A DNA stretch of 19,379 nt from Thermoplasmata archaeon. Lineage in GTDB: Archaea; Thermoplasmatota; Thermoplasmata; RBG-16-68-12; JAFNFQ01. Below the pieces are notes generated by a model. That model had not been told where the DNA came from, did no database searches, and worked only from the letters and a program-made list of their open reading frames with translations. This document shows positions 7,883 to 15,058 of this stretch, piece after piece; position 1 is the first letter of the stretch; each line of letters starts with the position of its first letter. The translations under genes were made by a program, and so were the position numbers. The stretch spans positions 1 through 19,379 of the forward strand of contig JBGPQV010000031.1 in NCBI GenBank assembly GCA_041489255.1, given 5' to 3'.

Positions 7883-7888
7883 TTTATA
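7883..7888 (+). promoter_or_regulatory. TATA box (TTTATA) of fen, leaderless spacing
   Basis: Lies 27-32 nt upstream of ATG 7915; no SD sequence visible. Confidence 0.65.
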
Positions 7889-7914
7889 GTCCGAGCGTCA
7901 TTTCTGAATCTGCC

Positions 7915-8937
7915 ATGGGCGTCAACCTCACGCCAGTCATCACCCGCCGTCATGTCGACCTCGAGTACTTCCGCGGGAAGACCTTGGCGGTCGATGCCGC
8001 CATCGAGCTCTACCAGTTCCTCTCGATAGTCCGACTGCGCGATGGTTCTCAGCTCATGGACTCACACGGCCACGTCACATCTCACCTCAGCGGCATCGTC
8101 TTCAGGACGACCCGCCTCGTCGCGGACTACGACATCCGTCCGATATTCGTCTTCGATGGAAAGCCGCCAGATCTCAAGGCTGCTGAGATCGAGAAGCGGC
8201 AGGAGGCGAGGAAGCAAGCTCTCGCGGAGTACGAGAAGGCGAAGGCGGCGGGCGACATGGCCACCGCCTGGTCAAAGGTCGTGATGAGCTCCCGCCTCAC
8301 GAGAGAGATGGTCGACGACGCGAAGCATCTGCTCGGCCTTCTGGGGATTTCGTTCGTGCAAGCCCCCTCTGAAGGCGAGGCTCAGGCCGCCTCGATGGTG
8401 CAGCGCGGCCAAGCCTACACCGTGGCGGGAAAGGATTACGACTCACTCCTATTCGGCTCTCCCCGCCTCGCGAGGTTCGTCGCGCTTCAGAGCAGGGAGT
8501 TCCTACCGAGTCAAGGCAGGTATCGTTTCAGCCCGCCGGAAACGATAGAACTCGATGAGAACCTTGGAATCCTCGGTCTGTCCCGCAAGCAACTGATTGA
8601 GGTCGCCATGCTGGTGGGAACCGATTTCAATGAGGGAGTGAAAGGGGTCGGTCCCAAGAGGGCGGTCGAGGCGATAAAGAAGTACGGCTCCCTTGAACGA
8701 TTGCCTGGCAACATTCGCGACAATCTTCCGGACAACCAGCTGCTCATCCGGAACTACTTCCTTTTCCCGGAGGTAGACGACGCACCGCAAATCGAAGCAA
8801 GGCATCTGGACATCGTAGGAGCCGAGAAGTTCCTCTGCGAGGACAGGGATTTCTCGGAGAAGCGTGTCAAGAAAGCGCTTGCGAGGTTGGCGGTTTCCTC
8901 ACCTCACCGAACTACGATTGATGATTTTGCCAGATAG
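7915..8937 (+). CDS. fen: Flap endonuclease 1 (archaeal FEN1)
   Basis: MGV start, LAVD..ELYQFL, TSHLSG, PIFVFDGKPP, APSEGEAQA, DYDSLLFG, GTDFNEGVKGVGPK (H3TH). Length is 340 aa, with a C-terminal PIP-like RTTIDDF. Confidence 0.96.
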   Translation: MGVNLTPVITRRHVDLEYFRGKTLAVDAAIELYQFLSIVRLRDGSQLMDSHGHVTSHLSGIVFRTTRLVADYDIRPIFVFDGKPPDLKAAEIEKRQEARKQALAEYEKAKAAGDMATAWSKVVMSSRLTREMVDDAKHLLGLLGISFVQAPSEGEAQAASMVQRGQAYTVAGKDYDSLLFGSPRLARFVALQSREFLPSQGRYRFSPPETIELDENLGILGLSRKQLIEVAMLVGTDFNEGVKGVGPKRAVEAIKKYGSLERLPGNIRDNLPDNQLLIRNYFLFPEVDDAPQIEARHLDIVGAEKFLCEDRDFSEKRVKKALARLAVSSPHRTTIDDFAR

Positions 8938-8975
8938 CCTGAAACATGTCCATTCGGATATGTTCTCTATTCAGG
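8938..8975 (+). terminator. Stem-loop directly after the fen stop, between convergent genes
   Basis: AACATGTCC-attc-GGATATGTT (9 bp including one G-U) enclosed by CCTGA...TCAGG. Confidence 0.4.
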
Positions 8976-9066
8976 TGATTGGAAGACTTGGCAATGGGCG
9001 TTCCAAGGTGCTCATGACAACGGGTCGGGCTGCATCAATACCAGAACGGCCCTAGGGGGCGGCCTC

Positions 9067-10140
9067 CTAACCCCGCCCGCTTCGAGGGCCCGCTTCATTG
9101 CGTTTTTTTCGGTCCCCGGATGAGCCCATCCGTTCTATCCTGAAAATCAGTTCGTCATAGTCATCGTCATTCCAGCCGTCATTGCACCTATAGCGATATC
9201 CGTTGGGCAACTCGTCAATCAACATGCCCGAGAATCGCGAACTTGTCATGATGCTCCCAGGCGGTTCAGTGACCTCGTCGGGACGATGATCCCAAACGTG
9301 GTGGACCCAGAGCATGCCTTCCTTACTTCTGATTGCAATCGACAACTCAGGAGATTTCATACCATACTTGGCACCATGGAAGATGATCACGCCCCGTTTG
9401 TAGGTGGTGCCGTCCACGGTGATGGTCCGATCAGTATCCAGATGAACACCTTGCCCCCAGTCGGAATTCTGTTCCTCGAAGATCAACTTGAACTCCTCCC
9501 CATCACGAGCGGGAATCCCATGTTGTCTTTTGGCTGCAGGAATCCGAGGCAGTTCGCTTTCCATCCTCCAGATATCCCCCTTGCGATAGAAATGCGGATA
9601 GAGATATTCGAATTCGCTATCGGTAAGATAGTGATACGAGTAGCATCCAGAGATGAGAATCGTGAGCATATGCTCCAAGTCACGTCTGCTGATCGGCTTC
9701 AATCCTGATCCCTGCAGCTTAAGTCTTTCTTCGAGAACCTTCCTCTGTGTAACCATGTAATGGCACTTCACAGACTCGGCTGCCATTACATGCGCCACAT
9801 CCTCTAGGGTTAGCTGGTCCCGTTGCACGGTTTGAGCAGTCAATCCTGCGACATCGCCTCGTGCGTCATGGTGGGGGCTTGAATCGACTCTACCAGATAC
9901 TGCCATCCTCGGAATAGGATTGTCGGGGAGCTTTTCCATTCCCGCAACAAGCACTCTGCGTCTCTCAGCTTTTCTCGGCGGAATCTCTCCAAGCTCTTTC
10001 TCAATGGAGGGGCAGCAATAGAACTTCGCAAGCCCCCGCTTCTTCGCGTCAAATACAGAGTCGTAACAGTAGCCGACTATTCTGTCGAATTGATCGCTGT
10101 CGATGAAAATCTTGGTTTGTCCGGTCACCTTTATCTGCAT
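9067..10140 (-). CDS. Two-domain hypothetical protein: N-terminal PIN-like domain + C-terminal beta-rich domain with acidic loop
   Basis: PIN-like pattern KIFIDSD...PSIEKEL...EDVAHVMAA..CHYMVT; C-terminal YRCNDGWNDDDYDELIFRIE; SD GGAG at 10144-10147. Visibly more AT-rich than the flanking genes. Confidence 0.7.
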   Translation of the reverse strand: MQIKVTGQTKIFIDSDQFDRIVGYCYDSVFDAKKRGLAKFYCCPSIEKELGEIPPRKAERRRVLVAGMEKLPDNPIPRMAVSGRVDSSPHHDARGDVAGLTAQTVQRDQLTLEDVAHVMAAESVKCHYMVTQRKVLEERLKLQGSGLKPISRRDLEHMLTILISGCYSYHYLTDSEFEYLYPHFYRKGDIWRMESELPRIPAAKRQHGIPARDGEEFKLIFEEQNSDWGQGVHLDTDRTITVDGTTYKRGVIIFHGAKYGMKSPELSIAIRSKEGMLWVHHVWDHRPDEVTEPPGSIMTSSRFSGMLIDELPNGYRYRCNDGWNDDDYDELIFRIERMGSSGDRKKRNEAGPRSGRG

Positions 10141-10150
10141 TCTCTCCGCC

Positions 10151-10170
10151 GAAATAGTTTAAACTTTTTC
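10151..10170. promoter_or_regulatory. 20-bp near-perfect palindrome containing a BRE/TATA-like core
   Basis: GAAATAGTTT|AAACTTTTTC (one mismatched pair), ending 10 nt upstream of ATG 10140. Confidence 0.55.
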
Positions 10171-10262
10171 GTGATTCAGGATTCTCCAGGTTCGCGTTCA
10201 TGATTGACCGAGTATCCTTTGCATCCGAATTGAACGCCCATGCCAAACCTAGGGAAACCATT

Positions 10263-13094
10263 CTATTTTATTCTTTCCAAGGCGAACGCCCCGATTATCA
10301 GCGTCTTGTTCGTTGCCTTGTATCCGACCCAGTCCCTCGACTGCACCTCTCCGAGCCCCGCCACCGAGAACATCATCTTGTTCCCTTCGGCCTTGAAGAG
10401 TATCGCCCCGTCGGCCAGGTGCTCGAGCGTCTCGATCTGTTGGTCGGTGTGCATGCCCTTCTCCAGCGTCATGAAGCTGAGCTCCTTCGTCTGTCTGAGG
10501 CGGTTCACAAGCTGCTGCACGAAACCGACAGCCTTGCTCTCCTCCGTGTGAGTCGTGCTAGAGGACAGCGTGATGTAGGCCAGGCGGAAGTACGGGTGCT
10601 TCTTCTCCTTGAACTCCGCGTCCAGGAGGTCTATGACATCCAGTATATTCGCGAAGTCCGTGGCCCCGTTCACCCTGTAGACGGCCCCATCCTTCTTCGG
10701 CTTCGAGCCGGCTGGCATCGTCCCTGACGCGTCTATCCACCGCACAAGTCCAAGCTGCTCGTACTCGATGAATGAGGGCAGCACCGGAGCAATCTCTTTC
10801 GCGATTTCCACCGGCGGCTTCGTCGTGGTCACGATAATGGCGGGGATCCCCTTCTTCAAGCCCTCCGCCACGAAGTTGTACAGAAGGACCTCCTTGCCGA
10901 CGAACGCGGGCCCGACCAGGAGGACGTTCGTGTTCATCCTCAGGCCTCCGAAGAACAGGTCGTCCAGGCGGGCGATGCCGGTCTTCAGCTTGTCCTCGGC
11001 CGCCGCCACCGCCTCTGCAGGAGCCACTTCTTCCCCCGCCGATACCGCCAGGGTGCGCTCCTTCTCCTTCAGAGCGGTCTCCAGCGCCTCCATCTCCTTC
11101 TCCTTCTGGTAGGTGCGCCTGCGAAGCTCCTCCTCCCTCTCGCGGAGGCGCTTCTCCCTGAGCTCCATGGCCTTCTCCCGCTCCTTGTCGACCATGCCCG
11201 CGATCGGCGCCTGAGAGAGCGCCTTCTCGCGCCTGTCGAGCTCCAGGATCCTGAGCTGCGTGTCGCTCTCCCTCTGCTCGAGCTCCTTCTCGCGGGCCGT
11301 CAGCTTCCTGTTCTTCTCGTTGAGCGCCTTGACTTCCCCGCTGAGGCTCTCTGATATCGACTTGGCCTTCTGCCTCTCGCCGCCGATGTCGCCCTGCTGC
11401 CTGTTCAGCTCCTCCCGCGCCGCCACCACCGCCGCCTCAGTCTCCTTGATCGACCTGAACAGCTTGGCGTACTCGGACTCCTTGAGGTTCAGCCTGTCCC
11501 TCTCGGCCTTGACGGCGTTGATCTGCTGCTCCATATGCTGCGCTCTCTGGGTCATCGACGCCTCGAGGTCTGATAGCTGCTTCTGCCTGATGACCAGATC
11601 CATCTCCCTGTCGGACAGATGCAGCCTCTGCTGCTGCAGCCGCGCGTCGGACCTCAGCTGCTCCTCCGCCTTGGTCTTGGTGTCCTTGTCCAGCCTGCGG
11701 AGCTCGACATCGAGCTTCGCCAGGTCCCTCTCCTTCTTCATCACTTTGTCTTCCCAGTCCTTGATCTCGCGAACCTTCGTCTCCTGGTCCTTCGAGAGCA
11801 CCGCCTCGAGCTCCTCGATCTTCATCTGCATCTCGCTCTCCCTGAGCTCGATGTTCTTCTCCGACTGTATCGTGTCGTTCCTCCGCTTCTCGATCGCCTC
11901 TTCCTCGACCTTGAGCCTCCTCTCCGATTCCTCGGCGGCAGACGCCCTCTCATCCGCCTTCCGCAGCTTCTCCGAGATGTCTATCTCCTGACGCTTGAGC
12001 TCCTTCTCGCGCTCGAGCATCTTCAGCTCGCGTTCCTTGATCTCGTCCTTCAGGCGCTCGACCTCGTCCTCCCTCTCCTTGAACGACTTCTTCCTCAGTT
12101 CGAGCTCCTCGGCCTTAATCTGGACATCAACCTTCATCACGCTGAGCTGCCTCTCCAGCTCCTTCAGCTCCTTCCACTGCGCTTCGTACTTGATGTTCAT
12201 CGCCTCGGCTGCCTTCGTCTTCTCCGCTATCTCGTCCTCGAGGCCCCTCAGCGCTTGTTCTCTGGAATCAAGATGGGACTCCTGGGCCCTCATCGCTTTC
12301 TCCTTGTAGTCGATCGCCTGCTGCCGCTTCTGGTACTCCTCGCGGAGGATGGCGAGGTGGGTGTCCCCCGCCTTGACTATCTCCCGTTCCTGGGCCTCCG
12401 TGGCGGAAGCGATGATGAGGAGGAGAGAGCCGCTCAGCTCAATCAAGAGAGCCCCGAACAGGTAAGCGAGGACGAGCCAACCCGGGTCAGGCGTCTGCAT
12501 GCTGGGCATCAGGGTGAACAGGAAGAACAGCGGGAGGACCGCCGCGCACACGATGCTCGCGACCTTCCGCCTGCTCCTGCCCTCCCAAGTGGCGGCGATG
12601 GAAGCGAGCGTCAGGGAGATTGGCAGGACGGAGACCGGATAGACCCATCCGACATACGGCAGCACGAGCTGTCCTGCTACATGGAGCACGACAAGCACGA
12701 GCATCAGCGCGGAGATGGCCACGGCGAGTGCGGAGAGGATGAAGTGACCGGAGTTCTTGTGACCCACATACGGCCTCCACTTCTGGATCACGATGGATAC
12801 TGAGATGGCGAGACCGACTATGAGCGCTATGAGCCAGAGGAAGTAGCCCTGCGTGAGGAAGGAGATGTCCTGGAACCCCTCGAGGGGGCTGACGGTCGCA
12901 AGAATCGCGTTCAAGGCGAGGGCAAGAGCGGAGTAGATGCCGAACATCTGCGCGGTGCGGCCCAAGCTGAGCTGGAGAAGGGCGATCTTCGATGCATCCG
13001 AGCGGTGCTTCTCGCTTTCCGCCCTGGTCGACCGCTCAGCCAGCTCGCGCTCCTCCGTGTCCAGCGCACTCTTAGAAGTCTTTCTTCTGGCCAT
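10263..13094 (-). CDS. Membrane-anchored long coiled-coil protein with C-terminal KaiC/RecA-superfamily ATPase-like domain (degenerate)
   Basis: About 6 TM helices (aa ~45-230) and an E/K/R/L-rich coiled coil (aa ~230-685). These are followed by LKTGIARLDDLFFGG, a Walker A-like GPAFVGKE, LVRWIDA and EHLADGAILF. SD AGGAG at 13103-13107. Confidence 0.88.
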   Translation of the reverse strand: MARRKTSKSALDTEERELAERSTRAESEKHRSDASKIALLQLSLGRTAQMFGIYSALALALNAILATVSPLEGFQDISFLTQGYFLWLIALIVGLAISVSIVIQKWRPYVGHKNSGHFILSALAVAISALMLVLVVLHVAGQLVLPYVGWVYPVSVLPISLTLASIAATWEGRSRRKVASIVCAAVLPLFFLFTLMPSMQTPDPGWLVLAYLFGALLIELSGSLLLIIASATEAQEREIVKAGDTHLAILREEYQKRQQAIDYKEKAMRAQESHLDSREQALRGLEDEIAEKTKAAEAMNIKYEAQWKELKELERQLSVMKVDVQIKAEELELRKKSFKEREDEVERLKDEIKERELKMLEREKELKRQEIDISEKLRKADERASAAEESERRLKVEEEAIEKRRNDTIQSEKNIELRESEMQMKIEELEAVLSKDQETKVREIKDWEDKVMKKERDLAKLDVELRRLDKDTKTKAEEQLRSDARLQQQRLHLSDREMDLVIRQKQLSDLEASMTQRAQHMEQQINAVKAERDRLNLKESEYAKLFRSIKETEAAVVAAREELNRQQGDIGGERQKAKSISESLSGEVKALNEKNRKLTAREKELEQRESDTQLRILELDRREKALSQAPIAGMVDKEREKAMELREKRLREREEELRRRTYQKEKEMEALETALKEKERTLAVSAGEEVAPAEAVAAAEDKLKTGIARLDDLFFGGLRMNTNVLLVGPAFVGKEVLLYNFVAEGLKKGIPAIIVTTTKPPVEIAKEIAPVLPSFIEYEQLGLVRWIDASGTMPAGSKPKKDGAVYRVNGATDFANILDVIDLLDAEFKEKKHPYFRLAYITLSSSTTHTEESKAVGFVQQLVNRLRQTKELSFMTLEKGMHTDQQIETLEHLADGAILFKAEGNKMMFSVAGLGEVQSRDWVGYKATNKTLIIGAFALERIK

Positions 13095-13150
13095 CGAGGG
13101 GTCTCCTGACGAGGGGGAAGCCAGTCCAGACAGAAAGTGGCATATCTCTA

Positions 13151-13156
13151 CTTAAA
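13151..13156 (-). promoter_or_regulatory. Putative TATA box (TTTAAG) for the KaiC-like gene
   Basis: AT-rich box in the 84-nt intergenic region upstream of SD and ATG 13094. Confidence 0.45.
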
Positions 13157-13178
13157 CGTTGATGAAGAATAGAATGCC

Positions 13179-14633
13179 TCATCGCCCTGCGGATATGAGC
13201 AGCCCGGGGTCGTCGACCAGCAAGTAGTGCAATCTGCCGCCAGTCTCTTCCTCAAGCTTGACTATCCAGTCGCGGAGCCTTTTCTCCGGGCTTGCTTCGC
13301 TCTTCCCGATGAAGGCGATCGGCAGCATGACCTCGTCCTTGGCGGTCAGGCCGTCTTGAATCAACAGCAGGTGGCCCCAGCCGCACTTCCTCTCGGTTAC
13401 GAGGAGGTCCACAGGCTTCTGCTTGCCTATCTTGAAGTCCCTCATGACGACCTCTTGGACCGCCAGGAGAGCCTTCTCCATGCCAGCGTCGGCCATCCTG
13501 TCTTTCTCACTCGTCCTTGCGGTCTTCAACCTCGCCGCCGTTTCCTGGAGGATCGGCGCACCCACCGCCATGAGGCCTTTGAACTCCTCGCTGCCCCACC
13601 CGTCGGTCAGCGGGGCCAGGACGACGATTCTCCCGCCAGGCTTCACCGCGTGCCTCGCAGAGTTGAACGCCTTCCCGGCCTGATAGAGGTCGATTCCCTC
13701 GTGGCGGGCGGCCATGATGACCACATCTGCCAGCCGCGGGATTTTGGCGGTGCTCACACTGGCTAGGATGGGCTCGCCACGCTTGTGAGTCTCCAAGACA
13801 TCGCCGCCCGCGATGTGAACCAGCCTGTCATGAGCGTCCACGACCGTCACAATGCCGTACAGCCAGCCGCCCCTCGCCCTGAGCGCTTTGTCTATGAAGT
13901 TGACGAGCCTGGTCTTGCATTCGTAGACGGGGTTGTGGCTGAGACTCCCCATCTCCACGTGCTCGGCGAACCCGATCTTGCCGAACATCTTGAGGTGTTC
14001 CTGGGTGATCGTGTTCTTCCCCGCGATCCCGGGGATGAGCTGCTTGGGTCCGCCGCCCATCCCAGCGAAGTAGTGATAGTCCAGGTCGCTCAGTCCGATC
14101 AAGACTTCCGAGGCATGGGCTGTTTTGTTCAGTTCCACGGGGATGCCGTCGTCCAATTTCCCGATGACCTCGACACTCTTCACGCAATCGTGATCCTCGA
14201 CGACATCCTTGTAGGATTCCCAGACTCCCTTGCCGAAGATATGGATGTACTCCTCGCCCTTTGCGGCTCTGTGTGTGCCATGAGCAATCAGAAGACGGAT
14301 CTTGTCATGCTTGACGTCCATCGTCTGCAGCTTCTTCAGGAGCAGGGGCAGGAGCAGTTTGGTATGGACGTTCGGGCGGGTGTGGTCGTCCACTATGATC
14401 GAGACAATCCCGCCACCGTAGTGCTTCGTCATGATCGTCTTCAGGTCCGGCACTTTGGCAGGAGTCTGGGATTTTACGATTGCGTCGTCGAGGGCTTTCT
14501 CGACATCCGCGATCTCCTTCGGTGCCTTCGGAAGCTCGATAAGAATCATTCGTCCCTCGTCAACGATTTCCTTCGGGAGGAAGCCTTCAATCACGTTCTC
14601 GCCGTAGTGAAGCCTGCTTGTGTACTCGTCCAT
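13179..14633 (-). CDS. larA: LarA-family (DUF2088) nickel-pincer-dependent racemase/epimerase
   Basis: DDHTRP, AHGTHR, HDC, HYFAGMGGGPKQLIPG, DLYQAGKA motifs. Start moved to ATG 14633, supported by SD GAGGTG just upstream and TATA at 14679-14686. Confidence 0.85.
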   Translation of the reverse strand: MDEYTSRLHYGENVIEGFLPKEIVDEGRMILIELPKAPKEIADVEKALDDAIVKSQTPAKVPDLKTIMTKHYGGGIVSIIVDDHTRPNVHTKLLLPLLLKKLQTMDVKHDKIRLLIAHGTHRAAKGEEYIHIFGKGVWESYKDVVEDHDCVKSVEVIGKLDDGIPVELNKTAHASEVLIGLSDLDYHYFAGMGGGPKQLIPGIAGKNTITQEHLKMFGKIGFAEHVEMGSLSHNPVYECKTRLVNFIDKALRARGGWLYGIVTVVDAHDRLVHIAGGDVLETHKRGEPILASVSTAKIPRLADVVIMAARHEGIDLYQAGKAFNSARHAVKPGGRIVVLAPLTDGWGSEEFKGLMAVGAPILQETAARLKTARTSEKDRMADAGMEKALLAVQEVVMRDFKIGKQKPVDLLVTERKCGWGHLLLIQDGLTAKDEVMLPIAFIGKSEASPEKRLRDWIVKLEEETGGRLHYLLVDDPGLLISAGR

Positions 14634-14678
14634 GAACGCACCTCTCTGACTGATGCGTCGCAAAACAACTCGCCCGCC

Positions 14679-14686
14679 ATATTTAA
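14679..14686 (-). promoter_or_regulatory. TATA box (TTAAATAT) of the larA-like gene
   Basis: AT-rich box about 46-53 nt upstream of ATG 14633, leaving room for an SD-containing leader. Confidence 0.55.
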
Positions 14687-14873
14687 GGGGTGCGAGTGTG
14701 GCAGTTTGCCGAGGAATCATGCTTGGGGCGACCTGCGAGACCGTCCAGATAGCGAAGACCGTGCCAGCCCCATTCTAGTCGTTCTCGCTCCTTGTCAGCG
14801 GGTGAGGCGCCCATTGCTTGCACGGTTCAGGTCCGTTCCGTTACTGCCTCAATCCCGATGACCTTCGGACCGG

Positions 14874-14917
14874 ACTCTTACCAAGCTCTTACCAAACTCT
14901 TTGCAAGCTGTATAAGA
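14874..14917. repeat. 11-bp tandem array in an intergenic region
   Basis: ACTCTTACCAA/GCTCTTACCAA/ACTCTTTGCAA/GCTGTATAAGA. Confidence 0.7.
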
Positions 14918-15058
14918 GGTATACGTCTAGAGCCACCCGCTCAGGTGCCTTCTGTTCGAGGCGGTTGGGCTTCGGATGAACCGTCCCCGTTCGGTTGCAT
15001 GGCGGGAGCCGTGGGAAAGCGTGGGGCGCAGGTTCCCTTGCGGTGAGCCCTGAGGAAT

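Noticed and set aside
10049-10261. 70-aa ORF as antitoxin of the PIN-like gene
   Set aside because: No RHH/AbrB/HTH pattern; it overlaps the gene by 92 nt and runs through its regulatory palindrome.
10263-11000. Circadian clock KaiC or RadA/RadB
   Set aside because: Single degenerate domain on a membrane rod, no kaiA/kaiB in the window, and no recombinase features.
11260-12803. Long Ser-rich and Leu-rich plus-strand ORFs
   Set aside because: Antisense mirrors of GAG/AAG-rich coiled-coil codons.
13785-14861. 358-aa plus-strand ORF
   Set aside because: Antisense shadow of the larA-like gene.
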